Shown: positions 28,873 to 39,341 of the stretch, piece by piece
Layout of the letters: the number at the start of each line of letters is the position of its first letter
How positions within the stretch are numbered: the stretch's first letter is position 1
Source of the DNA: Gemmatimonadota bacterium
GTDB taxonomy: Bacteria; Gemmatimonadota; Gemmatimonadetes; Gemmatimonadales; Gemmatimonadaceae
Direction: 5' to 3'
Assembly (NCBI GenBank): GCA_031372565.1
Contig: JANMLN010000193.1
Location: forward strand, 1 to 45,949
DNA length: 45,949 nt
Made by a program: the position numbers and the translations under genes
The notes under the pieces: generated by a model
The model's input: only the letters and a program-made list of their open reading frames with translations
Databases searched by the model: none
Told to the model about the DNA's origin: nothing

Positions 28873-30158
28873 GCGGTCACCGACGCCGCTTCGGCGGCCA
28901 GGACGTCCACGAAGTCGTACGACGGATACACCGGCATTGGCAACGCCTCGCGCACTTCGACAAAGCGCGCCTCATCAAGGAAAAGCCCGTCGTCGTTGAT
29001 CGACTCGGCGGGAATCAGTGCAAAATCCAGATCGGACCGTCCGCTGAGCGCACGGGTGATATCGGCGCCCACGAGGAGCCCCGCGGTCGTCACGGTCGGG
29101 CCAAAGAGCGAGTTCTCGGTGGGGATCAACTCGAAGGTGGCCCCCGTCTGTGCGTGCAGCTGATCGAGCAGGGCCGGCATGAGCGGCACCATCGACGTCC
29201 CCGTGACCACGCCGATGCGCCGTCCATCGAGCCGCCCCAGCGTCGCGATCCCGGCGGCCAGCCGCTCGCGCAGCCGCGTCACCGCCCCCACGCCGTTCTC
29301 GATCTGTGCGTACTCGCCGTAGTGCTCGGGACCGGGCAACTCGCGGCCCGCGAGCAGGTACAGCTCATCCGAGCCATACACCCATCGCTCGTCGCGCTCG
29401 GCCAGCCCGCGAGCGGCCCACCGCTCCGCCACCGCGAGCAGGCTGGCGGAATGCGCGACGTCCATCGGCTTGCCGTTGTACAAGTGCGAGAACTGTGTGA
29501 CCCCGACCGGTACGAGCGCCACCGAGAGGACGGCGTCGCCCAGGTTCCAGAGATCGGTGAGCGACTGCTCGAGGACATCGCCATCGTTGAGCCCCGGCAC
29601 GATCACCATCTGGCCGTGGAACTGGATGCCGCCCTCGGCAAGCCGCGTGAGCTGGTCCACGATGTTCGGCACGCGCGGATTGTTGAGCAGCACCTTGCGC
29701 GCTTCCCACGGCGTCGCGTGCACCGATACGTACAGCGGCGACAGCCGGTATTCGAGGATGCGCGCGATGTCCTTCTCCTTCACGTTGGACAGCGTCGCGA
29801 AGTTGCCGTAGGCGAACGAGAGGCGGTAATCATCGTCGCGGACATACAGCGGACGACGCAGCCCTTTCGGCAGCCCCTCGATGAAGCAGAACTCGCAGCG
29901 ATTGGCGCAACGCCGGATCGTCGGCGGTTCCAGTTCGATGCCGAAGGGCTCGCCCTCGAGACCGTCCTCCAGTTCGAACTCGACGACCTCACCGTCACCC
30001 AGCGTGGCCTCGATGAGCAGCGGCGCATCGACGCTCAGGAACTCCCAATCCAGGAAGTCTTCGAGCTCGCGCCCGTTGATACGCCGCAGCGTCGTGCCGG
30101 GGGTAACCCCCAGCTGTTCCGCGATGCTTTCGGCGTGGACTCGGGCGATTTTGACCAT
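28869..30158 (-). CDS. DUF512 / TIGR03279-type putative radical SAM protein with N-terminal PDZ-like domain
   Basis: CANRCEFC (CX3CX2C), DDDYRLSF..GNF, SPLYVSVH, NDG, ENGVG, VTTAGLL. Confidence 0.85.
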   Translation of the reverse strand: MVKIARVHAESIAEQLGVTPGTTLRRINGRELEDFLDWEFLSVDAPLLIEATLGDGEVVEFELEDGLEGEPFGIELEPPTIRRCANRCEFCFIEGLPKGLRRPLYVRDDDYRLSFAYGNFATLSNVKEKDIARILEYRLSPLYVSVHATPWEARKVLLNNPRVPNIVDQLTRLAEGGIQFHGQMVIVPGLNDGDVLEQSLTDLWNLGDAVLSVALVPVGVTQFSHLYNGKPMDVAHSASLLAVAERWAARGLAERDERWVYGSDELYLLAGRELPGPEHYGEYAQIENGVGAVTRLRERLAAGIATLGRLDGRRIGVVTGTSMVPLMPALLDQLHAQTGATFELIPTENSLFGPTVTTAGLLVGADITRALSGRSDLDFALIPAESINDDGLFLDEARFVEVREALPMPVYPSYDFVDVLAAEAASVTA

Positions 30159-30164
30159 TCAACT

Positions 30165-30193
30165 AATCTGGCAGGCGAATGGTCAGAAATCAA
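30165..30193 (-). promoter_or_regulatory. Sigma70-like promoter (TTGATT-17 bp-CAGATT, with TGn extension) placing +1 at the DUF512 ATG
   Basis: -35 at 30193-30188, -10 at 30170-30165, 6 nt to ATG 30158, no SD. Confidence 0.55.
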
Positions 30194-30235
30194 TGCATAC
30201 CAACGACTTGTAACGCTCGCAGTAAGCCGTTGCAG

Positions 30236-31381
30236 CTACCAGCGATAGCTCGCCCCGCTCCCGGTGTTGAAGAGCACAACCTCGGCATCTGGAGCCAGCA
30301 CGCCACTCTTCACCATCGCCCTCGTGACGTGCAATGCGCACCCGCCCTCCGGCGCCGCGTCGACCCCCGACGCGGCCGCCAGCTCGGCCGTCGCCGTTCG
30401 CATTTCGTCCTCGGTGGCCGTCGCGGCCGCGCCCTCGCTCTGTCGCAGCGTGCGCAGCACCAGCCGGTCACCGAGCGGGCCGGGCACGCGCAGCCCGGCC
30501 GCGTACGTGACGGGATCCTCCCACGGGGTCGCACGGTCGAGCCCGGCCGCGAAGGCGCGCGTGAGTGGCGCACAGCCGGCTGCCTGCGCGATGATCATCT
30601 TGGGCCGCCGCGTACCGACGGGCAGCCATCCCCAGCCGATCATCTCGTCGATCGCCTTCCAGATCCCGATCGTCCCTTCGCCACCGCCGGTCGGGTACAC
30701 GATCGCGTCGGGCAATCGCCAGCCCAGCTGTTCCGCGACCTCATAGCCCATCGTCTTCATGCCTTCCACGCGGTACGGCTCACGCACCGTGGCGATGTTG
30801 AACCATCCTTCCTCCTTCGCAAAGGCCATCGCCGCCTTGCCCGCATCACCGATGTGCCCGTCCACCAGCACGAGGTCCGTGCCCATCGCCCGGATCGTGT
30901 TGAGGATCGGAGGCGGAGTGGTGGCCGGCGCCCAGATCCGCACCGGGAGCTGCGCTGCCGCACCATAGGCCGCCAGCGCCGCGCCGGCATTGCCCGCCGT
31001 CGGCACCACCAGCCCCTTCACTCCCAGCGCCTTGGCACGGGTGACGGCGGCCGCCATCCCGCGCGCCTTGAAGCTGGCGGTCGGGTTCACCCCCTCGTCC
31101 TTGACCCACAGGCGTCGTACACCGACTGCCTTCGCCAGCGCGGGCACATCGATCATCGGCGTCAGCCCCTCGCCCAGCGAGACGGGCTTCTCACCTTCAA
31201 CCAGCGGCATCGCGTCGGCGTAGCGCCACTGGCTCCACGCTGAGCGCAGACCATCGCGCCTGGGTGGCGCCGAGGTCAGCCGCACGATCAAGGGCTGCGA
31301 GCAGGTGGGACACAGCGAGGCGAGTCGGTCGCCAGGGGCCGTGTACTCGCAGGACGAACAATGCAGGGACCAGGTGCTCAT
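30236..31381 (-). CDS. thrC: Threonine synthase (PLP fold II) with N-terminal Zn ribbon
   Basis: CSSC..CPTC, LGEG.TP, NPTASFKARG, GNAG, EGMKT, PTGGG, NTGSG. Confidence 0.82.
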   Translation of the reverse strand: MSTWSLHCSSCEYTAPGDRLASLCPTCSQPLIVRLTSAPPRRDGLRSAWSQWRYADAMPLVEGEKPVSLGEGLTPMIDVPALAKAVGVRRLWVKDEGVNPTASFKARGMAAAVTRAKALGVKGLVVPTAGNAGAALAAYGAAAQLPVRIWAPATTPPPILNTIRAMGTDLVLVDGHIGDAGKAAMAFAKEEGWFNIATVREPYRVEGMKTMGYEVAEQLGWRLPDAIVYPTGGGEGTIGIWKAIDEMIGWGWLPVGTRRPKMIIAQAAGCAPLTRAFAAGLDRATPWEDPVTYAAGLRVPGPLGDRLVLRTLRQSEGAAATATEDEMRTATAELAAASGVDAAPEGGCALHVTRAMVKSGVLAPDAEVVLFNTGSGASYRW

Positions 31382-33345
31382 GGCAGCGATGGCAATGGGA
31401 CGGCGCCGCGCGAGGCGGCGTCAGACATGGGAGGCGGCGTGGCAAGCGGCGTGCTGCTGCCCGGTACATCGGTCGCTCCGTCGTTACCCGACGGTGAGGC
31501 GGCGCCACCGGACGCGCGCGTGGGCGCTGACGCCTCCAGTGCGGCAAGCAGCTTGCGGGCGCTCGACAGGCTGAAGCCCGGGAGCGCCGCGATCGCCTCG
31601 GGTGCTGCGGTGCGCACGGCGTCGATCGAACCGAAGCTCGCGAGCAAGGCGCGCCGTTTGGTGGGACCGATGCCGGGGATGCTCAGCAGCGCCGATGTCA
31701 CCGTGCGCTTGGAGCGCTGCTGGCGCTGGAAGGTGAGCGCGAACCGATGCGCCTCGTCGCGCGCCTGCTGCAGCATGCGCAACGCCCGCGACCGCCGCGA
31801 GAGCCGCACCCCCTCCGACCGTCCCAGCATGAACACCAGCTCCTCGCGCTTGGCCAGCGAGATCAAGGGCAGCGAACCAAGCCCCGCCGCAACCAGCGCG
31901 TCGTGCGCAGCGCCCAGCTGGCCCTTGCCACCGTCAATCAGGATCAGGTCTGGCAGCGGCTTCCCTTCTTCCGTCCGCCGCGCCACGTAGCGCCCCACGA
32001 CTTCCTTCATGCTGGCGAAATCGTCGATGCCCTCGACCGTCTTCACCTTGAACTTGCGGTACTCGCCGCGCCGCGGGCGCCCATTCTCGAACCAGACCGC
32101 ACTCGCCACGGTGTCCGTACCCTGCGCGTGCGAGATGTCGAAGCAGGTGATGGCCCGCGGAACAGTCTGCAGGCCAAGCTCCCGCTGCAACTCGTACACC
32201 GGATCCGATGCCCGCTCATCCGTCTCGTCGCTCGCGAGCTTGAACTCCTCGAGCAGGTGCCGCGCGTTGCGGTCCGCCAGTTCCAGCATCTCACGCTTGG
32301 TGCCGCGCTGGGGCACCAGAATGCGCAGCCCGTCGATCGACGCCTGCAACAGTTCCCGGTCGGCAAAATCGAATGGCACGAGCAACTCGTTGGTGCGCTC
32401 CTCGGCGGACGGCCAGGTCCGCGCGAGAAAGGCGCCGAGGACGTCGCCGTCCTCTTCCTCGTCCACGTTGCCCAGCAACCGATGGTCGCGGGCCAGCAGC
32501 TTGCCATCGCGGATGCGGAGCACGGCGACGCACGCGTCGTCACCGTCGCGGGCGTATCCGATCACGTCGCGGTCGCCGCCGTCGGCCGGGGCGATCGCGC
32601 CCGGCTCCTCCATCGCGTCGAGATACTTGAGCGCGTCGCGCAGCTCGGCGGCCCGCTCGAAGTCGAGCGCCTCCGCCGCTTCGGCCATCCTGGCCCGGGT
32701 GTGGCGCATGACATCGCCGGTCTTTCCGTCGAGGAACAACACGACTTCACCGATCATGGCGCCGTACTCGGCCTGCGACTGCAACTGCACACACGGCGCC
32801 TTGCACCGACCGATGTGCCAATCCAGACAGGCACGCTCGGGAGCCTCACGCGGCAGATCCCACGAACACGAACGCACGGTGAACATGCGCTTCACCACAT
32901 TCAGCGCACGGCGCATCCCGCCGACATCCGTATACGGCCCGAAGTAGCGCGCGCCGTCGTCGACCACCCGCCGCGTGACCCACACCCGCGGAAAGGGCTC
33001 CTGCACCGTCACCTTGATGTACGGATACGACTTGTCGTCGCGCAGCAGGATGTTGTAGCGTGGGCGATGCTCCTTGATCAGGTTCGCCTCGAGGATCAGC
33101 GCCTCCGCCTCGGTGGCCACCACGATCGAGTCCACGTCCAGCGCCTGCGCCATCATCAGGCGCGTCTTGGACGGATAGCCCGCGTCCGCGCCGAGATACG
33201 ATCGCACACGCTGCCGCAGCCGCTTCGCCTTGCCGACGTACAGCACGGTCCCCTCGGCGTCCTTCCAGAGATAGACGCCGGGCGATTCGGGGAGCTGCGC
33301 AACCTTCTGCGCGAGCAGCTCGGGAGAGGCGGGGAGGGGTGACAC
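31378..33345 (-). CDS. uvrC: Excinuclease ABC subunit C
   Basis: GIY-YIG (PGVY..YVGKA), DDKSYPY, DISH, IDGGKGQ, RDEAHRFA, HhH IPGIG. Confidence 0.97.
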   Translation of the reverse strand: MSPLPASPELLAQKVAQLPESPGVYLWKDAEGTVLYVGKAKRLRQRVRSYLGADAGYPSKTRLMMAQALDVDSIVVATEAEALILEANLIKEHRPRYNILLRDDKSYPYIKVTVQEPFPRVWVTRRVVDDGARYFGPYTDVGGMRRALNVVKRMFTVRSCSWDLPREAPERACLDWHIGRCKAPCVQLQSQAEYGAMIGEVVLFLDGKTGDVMRHTRARMAEAAEALDFERAAELRDALKYLDAMEEPGAIAPADGGDRDVIGYARDGDDACVAVLRIRDGKLLARDHRLLGNVDEEEDGDVLGAFLARTWPSAEERTNELLVPFDFADRELLQASIDGLRILVPQRGTKREMLELADRNARHLLEEFKLASDETDERASDPVYELQRELGLQTVPRAITCFDISHAQGTDTVASAVWFENGRPRRGEYRKFKVKTVEGIDDFASMKEVVGRYVARRTEEGKPLPDLILIDGGKGQLGAAHDALVAAGLGSLPLISLAKREELVFMLGRSEGVRLSRRSRALRMLQQARDEAHRFALTFQRQQRSKRTVTSALLSIPGIGPTKRRALLASFGSIDAVRTAAPEAIAALPGFSLSSARKLLAALEASAPTRASGGAASPSGNDGATDVPGSSTPLATPPPMSDAASRGAVPLPSLP

Positions 33346-33357
33346 GTCCGACGAAAG

Positions 33358-34950
33358 TTAGCGGCGGCGTCGCGGGAGCCGCGCCAGCACGGCCGTGACC
33401 TCGGGAACCCCCGCGAGGCGTGCAAAGGCCAGATACGTTGCGGCGTAGACGGCAAGTCCCACCAGCGAGAGCACGAGCGCCGGTAGCCGTCCTTCGGCCA
33501 GATGGATTCCGCCCGCCAGTAACGCGGCCACGAGCGACAGTCCCCACAGCATCGCGAGGAACGGTCGCGGCGTCCCCACACTGCCGATTCGACGCCGGAG
33601 TGCGTGCCGAAGCAACCCGTACTCGACCCATCCCGCGAGGCCGGAGCCGAGCGTCAGGCCCGCCACCCCCCAGCGCGCGTCGACGCCGAACAGTCCCGGC
33701 CCCCACAGCGCGAGCCCGGCGCCGAGCACCACCGACAGCGCGACACGCGCGATGGCATAGCGCATCGGCGTTCGCGTGTCGCGCAACGCGTAGAAGGCGC
33801 TCGCATACAGCCGCCCGAACACCGTCGCCAGCAATCCCACGGACGAGCCCGCAAGAATGCCCCACACCCAGCGCGTGTCGGCGACAGCGAACTGCCCACC
33901 CTGATAGATCGCGCTGACGATGAAGTCGCCAAGCACGATGAACGCCACCGCCGATGGTATCACGAGGAAGGCCACGCGGCGGAGCGCACCATCGAGCCGC
34001 TCCCGGAGTTTGCGCGCCACTTCGTCCACCGCGCCCAGTTCGCTCGACATCGCGGGCAGCTCGGCGGCCGACACGGAGGCGCCGAACAGCGAGATCGGCA
34101 ACATGTAGATCAACTGCGAGTACGTGAGCGCCGACACCGCCCCCTGCACCACCTGCGATGCGATGATCGTGTCCACGTATGCGCTGATCTGCACGACGCC
34201 GCGTCCCGTGACGACGGGGAGGAAGTTGCGCACGATCTCGCGCACGTCGGCATTACCGCGACGGAAGGCCGGGCGAATCGTCCCGGCGAGGCGATAGACC
34301 ACGGGCAGTTGCACCAGCACTTGCAGCAAGGCGCCGACGACCGACGCCCACGCGACCGTGATCGCGAGATCGCCCTGCCCCTCTCGCCCGCCCCAGACGA
34401 GGAGCGCCACGATCTGCGCCAGGTTCCACGCGACCGGCGCCGCATACGCCAGAAAAAAGTGCCGGTGACTGTTCAGCACGCCGAGCGCCCACGCCGAGAA
34501 CACGAACAGCCCGGCGCCGGGAAAGAGCAGCCGCACCAATTGCGTGGCCAGTGTCTTGGCCTCGCCCGTGAAACCCGGGGCCAGCGCCGTCACGATCCAC
34601 GGTGACAGCAGGATGCCGCCCAGCACGAGCAACGCGACCACAAGCCCGAGCAGCGCGAGCACGGCACCGGCCACCTCGCGCGCACGATCATCCTCGTCCT
34701 GGGCCAGCAACCGCGCGTACACCGGCACGAACGAAGCCGAGAGCACCCCCTCACCGAGCAGGTTCTGCAACAGGTTGGGAATGCGGAATGCGACGGCGAA
34801 GGCATCGGCGGCAATCGAGTTGCCGAAGAAATGCGCGAAGACGCGCTGTCGTACGAGACCGAGAAGACGGCTCGCCAGAATGCCAAGCGCCACGCGTGTG
34901 GCACCGCCCCGCTGTGCCGCGTTTCGCGCCGCGACCTTCTCCGTCGTCAT
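33358..34950 (-). CDS. murJ: Lipid II flippase MurJ
   Basis: SRLLGLVR, AFRIPN, GEG.LS..FVP, FYALRDTRTP. Confidence 0.94.
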   Translation of the reverse strand: MTTEKVAARNAAQRGGATRVALGILASRLLGLVRQRVFAHFFGNSIAADAFAVAFRIPNLLQNLLGEGVLSASFVPVYARLLAQDEDDRAREVAGAVLALLGLVVALLVLGGILLSPWIVTALAPGFTGEAKTLATQLVRLLFPGAGLFVFSAWALGVLNSHRHFFLAYAAPVAWNLAQIVALLVWGGREGQGDLAITVAWASVVGALLQVLVQLPVVYRLAGTIRPAFRRGNADVREIVRNFLPVVTGRGVVQISAYVDTIIASQVVQGAVSALTYSQLIYMLPISLFGASVSAAELPAMSSELGAVDEVARKLRERLDGALRRVAFLVIPSAVAFIVLGDFIVSAIYQGGQFAVADTRWVWGILAGSSVGLLATVFGRLYASAFYALRDTRTPMRYAIARVALSVVLGAGLALWGPGLFGVDARWGVAGLTLGSGLAGWVEYGLLRHALRRRIGSVGTPRPFLAMLWGLSLVAALLAGGIHLAEGRLPALVLSLVGLAVYAATYLAFARLAGVPEVTAVLARLPRRRR

Positions 34951-36491
34951 CCGGACGCGCCGGCGTCACCCACCAGCCACGTCGCGTGCGCCGACATCTG
35001 CTCGTCGAGCAAGCCCAGCAACCCCTCGCCGTGACGCGCGACATACGGGAACCAGGCGATCGATCGCTCCTGACGGCCGCCCGCCGGGCGCAGCGCGCCG
35101 CGGACCGTGGCGAGGTCATGCGACAACGCGGTGTCGGCGCGCAACGCCGCCGCGGCGAAGCGCCGCTCCATCCGGTCGATCCGATGGTGCAACTGATGAC
35201 GCATCCCCTCCACGCTGCGACTCGGCACGCCGGGCGGCAGCGCCGACGCGAGCACGGCGGCCTCGGCATCGGCCGATTGGCGTAGTCGCGTGAGTGCCTC
35301 GCGGGCGCGCGCATCAATGCGTCCGCGTGCACGCGACGTCTCGGCCGCGTGCGGGTCGGCCAGCTCGGCAAGCGTGAGCGAGCGCCGTTCGAGCATGCGC
35401 GCGATCTGTGGGTCGATGATCGTCCCCGACCATCGTGGCACGCCGAGCGGTGCGCGGACACCAAGCGCATCCGCGACCGCGGTGGCCTGCGCGAAGTAGG
35501 CGAGTTCACCGGGACCGGCGACATACGCGACCGTCGGCATCAGTTGGGCCTCGAGGACGGGACGCAACAGGACGTTCGCGCTCAGGCTGCCGCTGGACGC
35601 ACTGCGCGCGTGCGCCGCTGCCTCTCCCAGCGGAACGCGCAGCTTGGCGCCAGCCGCCAGCGCGAAGACATGCGACAGCCCCTGGACCTCGGCGACCTGT
35701 GGATGATGTCCAGCCGCGACAAGTGCTTCGTCTCGGAGGTGTACGGCCCGCGCGACCGCGTCAGCCTGCGTGAGCGCATGCACGAGATGCGGCGTTGCAG
35801 CGTTGCGTACCGCAGGGTGCCATGCGTCCAGCACTGCAATGTCGAGCGGCTCCAGTAGGGCGCGCAGCAGACGAACATACGCATCGCCCACGGTGTGCTC
35901 GGCCACGTACGCGGACTGCAGCGCCTGCAGCAACTGGACGTCGGCATCACCGCCGGCGGCCGCCACTGCGGCCGCCACCGCCTCCCGCACATCACCCAAC
36001 GCGCGCACGGCCATGACCTCACCGTCGGCGCCGAGTGCTGGCCCGGCAAAGCTGGCCGTGCCGCCCGGTACGGCGAGCATCGCCGTGCGCGCCTCGTCGA
36101 TGTCGGCGTCATCCGTGGCCGCCCAGAAGACGGTCGTCGTCGGCACGCCGGTCGCCCGCTCGATCGCCTGCGCCAGCGCGCGCGCCGTCAGCGCCTTGTA
36201 CAGAGTATACAACGGACCACCCACGAGACCGGGCTGCTGGCCGGTCGTCACGACCACGCCACCCGATGCCGCGACCGCGGCGACGCGCGCCGCCCCACAG
36301 CCCAATGCGGGTGCGAGCACGGCGGCCCAGTCTCCCGGTACGGCCGCACGCGCGGCATCGATGCGCGCACGCCACGCAGCCGCGCCGATCGGCCGTGGCA
36401 CAAGCCATCCGTCGAGGTCGTGACCCGCCGCTGCGGCGTGCGCGAGACGCGAACCGCCCAGCGGCTCGGTGACAACAGAGAGTGCGGTCAC
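34947..36491 (-). CDS. bshC: Bacillithiol biosynthesis protein BshC
   Basis: VTTGQQPGLVGGPLYTLYK, FWAATDDAD, SANVLLRP, GPGELAYFAQ, QER; GTGA overlap with rlmH. Confidence 0.88.
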   Translation of the reverse strand: MTALSVVTEPLGGSRLAHAAAAGHDLDGWLVPRPIGAAAWRARIDAARAAVPGDWAAVLAPALGCGAARVAAVAASGGVVVTTGQQPGLVGGPLYTLYKALTARALAQAIERATGVPTTTVFWAATDDADIDEARTAMLAVPGGTASFAGPALGADGEVMAVRALGDVREAVAAAVAAAGGDADVQLLQALQSAYVAEHTVGDAYVRLLRALLEPLDIAVLDAWHPAVRNAATPHLVHALTQADAVARAVHLRDEALVAAGHHPQVAEVQGLSHVFALAAGAKLRVPLGEAAAHARSASSGSLSANVLLRPVLEAQLMPTVAYVAGPGELAYFAQATAVADALGVRAPLGVPRWSGTIIDPQIARMLERRSLTLAELADPHAAETSRARGRIDARAREALTRLRQSADAEAAVLASALPPGVPSRSVEGMRHQLHHRIDRMERRFAAAALRADTALSHDLATVRGALRPAGGRQERSIAWFPYVARHGEGLLGLLDEQMSAHATWLVGDAGASG

Positions 36492-36949
36492 TTGTGGTAG
36501 GGTTCGCCGCGCCCGATCGTGCCGGCGCGATAGAGTTGTTCGACGAGCACGAGCCGCGCCAGCTCGTGCGGCAAGGTCCACGGCGCGAGCGTCACGCGTT
36601 CGGCCGCTGCATCGCGCAGCGGGCGATCGAGCCCGAACGCGCCACCAATCACGAAGGCGATGTCGCGAGCCGCTTCGCGGTGCTTCTGCAGCCAGGCGGC
36701 GAAGGTGGCGCTGCTGTGCGCCGTGCCCGTCTCGTCACACGCGATCAGCCGCGCCGACCCGACCGCCTCGCGCAGGCGCGCGCCCTCTCGCCTGCGGACC
36801 TCGTCGGGCGAGAGGCTGGTCGCGCGCTCCTCGCGCACCTCTTTCACCTCGAGCGGCCAGTAGCGCGCCGCCCGGACCTCGTACTCCTGGATGACCGCCG
36901 CCAACCCCGCATCACGCGGACGCCCGACGACCGCCAGAATACAGCGCAT
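36488..36949 (-). CDS. rlmH: 23S rRNA pseudouridine-1915 N3-methyltransferase
   Basis: FVIGGAFG, TLPHELARLVLVEQLYRA, PYHK. Confidence 0.95.
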   Translation of the reverse strand: MRCILAVVGRPRDAGLAAVIQEYEVRAARYWPLEVKEVREERATSLSPDEVRRREGARLREAVGSARLIACDETGTAHSSATFAAWLQKHREAARDIAFVIGGAFGLDRPLRDAAAERVTLAPWTLPHELARLVLVEQLYRAGTIGRGEPYHK

Positions 36950-36976
36950 CCGTGGTGGCCTGGCCTCGAGGCCGGC

Positions 36977-38284
36977 TTACGCGTAGATGCCTCGCAGCTT
37001 GTGCACCGTGGACACCCGGCTGATGGACAGCATGTAGGCGGCCGTCCGCAGGTTCACCTTGTGTTGTTGTGCGATCCGCAGCACGTCCTGGAACGACCGC
37101 TGCATGATGTCGGTGAGCCGTTCATTCACGGTCGCCTCCGACCAGAAGTAGCCGCCGCGATCCTGCACCCACTCGAAGTACGAGACGGTCACGCCGCCGG
37201 CATTGGCGAGAATGTCCGGGATCACGAAGATCCCCTTCTCGTCGAGCAGGGCGTCGGCCGCCGCCGTCGTGGGGCCGTTGGCTCCCTCGCAGATGATGCG
37301 GGCACGAATCGACGCGGCATTCTTGGTGGTGATCACGTTCTCGAGCGCGGCCGGTACCAGCACGTCGACGTCGAGCGCCAGCAGCTCGTCGTTGGAAATC
37401 GGATCCCCCTTCGTGAAGCCTTGCAGGGTACCGTTCTGCTTCACGTGTGCCATCGCATCCGCCACGTCGATACCCGACTTGTTGTAGTACCCGCCGGTAC
37501 GATCACCGATCGCGGTAATCACCATCCCTTCCCGCTCCATCAGCATGGCCGCCGTGGACCCGACATTGCCGAAGCCCTGCACCGCGACCGTCGTGCCCTT
37601 GACCGGCATGCCGAGGTGTGCGAGCGCCTCCTTGGTCACCACGAGGCACCCGCGTCCCGTGGCCTCCTTGCGACCGAGCGAACCGCCCATCTCGATCGGC
37701 TTGCCCGTGACCACGGCCGTCACCGTGTGGCCCACGCGCATCGAGTAGGTATCCATGACCCACGCCATGACACGCTCGTTCGTGTTCACATCCGGCGCCG
37801 GCACGTCGGAATCGGGGCCGAGCACCGACATGATGCCCGCGGTGTAGCGCCGCGTGAGCCGCTCGAGCTCGGCGACGCTCATCGTGAGCGGGTCGCACAC
37901 GACGCCGCCCTTCGCGCCACCGAAGGGGATGTTCACGACCGCGCACTTCCACGTCATCCACGCGGCCAGCGCCTTCACCTCGTCGATGTTCACCGCCATG
38001 TCGAAACGGATGCCGCCCTTCGCGGGGCCGCGTGCCGTGTTGTACAGGACGCGATGGCCGGTGTACACCTCGACCTCGCCGTTGTCCTTCATGACGGGAA
38101 TGGCCACCGTGAGGATCTTCTCGGCATGTCGCAGGATCTTGTAGATCCCGGGCTCCAGATCGAGCAGCTCGGCGGCGCGATCGAAGCGCGACATCATCGC
38201 CTCGAAGGGATTCTCCTCGGAGAGGAAGCGGTCCTTGTCCGGGTGGACAATGCGATCAGTCGGCAGGCGAAGGTCGTTGGCCAT
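36977..38284 (-). CDS. gdhA: Glu/Leu/Phe/Val dehydrogenase (glutamate dehydrogenase)
   Basis: [49 protein letters not shown]. Confidence 0.93.
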   Translation of the reverse strand: MANDLRLPTDRIVHPDKDRFLSEENPFEAMMSRFDRAAELLDLEPGIYKILRHAEKILTVAIPVMKDNGEVEVYTGHRVLYNTARGPAKGGIRFDMAVNIDEVKALAAWMTWKCAVVNIPFGGAKGGVVCDPLTMSVAELERLTRRYTAGIMSVLGPDSDVPAPDVNTNERVMAWVMDTYSMRVGHTVTAVVTGKPIEMGGSLGRKEATGRGCLVVTKEALAHLGMPVKGTTVAVQGFGNVGSTAAMLMEREGMVITAIGDRTGGYYNKSGIDVADAMAHVKQNGTLQGFTKGDPISNDELLALDVDVLVPAALENVITTKNAASIRARIICEGANGPTTAAADALLDEKGIFVIPDILANAGGVTVSYFEWVQDRGGYFWSEATVNERLTDIMQRSFQDVLRIAQQHKVNLRTAAYMLSISRVSTVHKLRGIYA

Positions 38285-39341
38285 GGCTCTCGGCGCTCTG
38301 CGCCGGTTGAGTTTGAGGCGTACGGGCACGAAGCACGGCTTCGATGGCGGCGTCAACCGCCTCACGGCCGGACTCCACGTCCACGCGCTGGGAAAGATAC
38401 AGCAACGGCGGGCCCTCGCGAGGCCACAACGGGGCCAGCTTCACATGATCCTTGAGCGTGCAGATCGCGCCACCCAGTGCGGATGCCTCGCGCGCGAGAC
38501 GCGTCACCTGTGCCTCGCTGAAATCGTGGTGATCGGCAAACGCCTGCACGCGCGCGTCGACCCCCAATGCCACGAGTTGCGCCGCGAAGGCGCGCGGATC
38601 GGCGATCGACGTGATGGCCATGCGCGTCCGACCGGACAGCGCCGCGAGCGGCTCCGCGCGCCCGCTCGCATCGCGGGCCTCGTGCAGGACCAGGTGCGCG
38701 ACGGCCAACGGCACACCCGGAGCGACGGCCGAGAGCGCACGCGCCACGCCGCGTGCGGTGTCGATCGATGCCGCCTTGCGCGTCACCATCACCACGCTCG
38801 CGCGACGGAGCGCCGACAGCGGCTCGCGCATCGGTCCCGCCGGCAGGAGTCGCCATCGGCGCGGCCACTGGTCGGCACTCACCAACACCACGTCTGCCAC
38901 GCGCGCGGCGGCGCGGTGCTGGAAGGCATCGTCGAGCACCACCACGTCCGCACCGAGCGCGGCGGCGCGCGCCGCACCGAGCACGCGGTCGGGGTCGGTG
39001 AGCACCGGCACATCGGGGTTGAGGGTCCGATGCACGAGCGGCTCGTCCTCGCCATAGCCGCGCAGCAGGATCGCGGGATGTGCGCCGCGCGCAGCCAGGG
39101 CGCCGGCGAACCACGCCGACACCGGCGTCTTCCCCGTGCCTCCCACGCTCAGGTTGCCAACCGACAACGCGGGGAGCGCGAGCCGGCGCGTGCGCAGCAG
39201 CCCCGCATCGTACGCGCGCCCGCGCACCGCCATGCCCGCGCCGTACAGCACCGAGAGCGGTGCGAGGGCTGCGCGCGCCAACACCGACAGCGCGTCATCG
39301 CTCCACCAGAGCCGGTCCGCGAACACGCGATCAGTCGACAT
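38256..39341 (-). CDS. lpxK: Tetraacyldisaccharide 4'-kinase
   Basis: [29 protein letters not shown]. Confidence 0.94.
   Translation of the reverse strand: MSTDRVFADRLWWSDDALSVLARAALAPLSVLYGAGMAVRGRAYDAGLLRTRRLALPALSVGNLSVGGTGKTPVSAWFAGALAARGAHPAILLRGYGEDEPLVHRTLNPDVPVLTDPDRVLGAARAAALGADVVVLDDAFQHRAAARVADVVLVSADQWPRRWRLLPAGPMREPLSALRRASVVMVTRKAASIDTARGVARALSAVAPGVPLAVAHLVLHEARDASGRAEPLAALSGRTRMAITSIADPRAFAAQLVALGVDARVQAFADHHDFSEAQVTRLAREASALGGAICTLKDHVKLAPLWPREGPPLLYLSQRVDVESGREAVDAAIEAVLRARTPQTQPAQSAESHGQRPSPAD

Noticed and set aside
36482..38455. 657-aa plus-strand ORF antisense to gdhA/rlmH
   Set aside because: Mirror of strongly biased codon usage; no domain evidence
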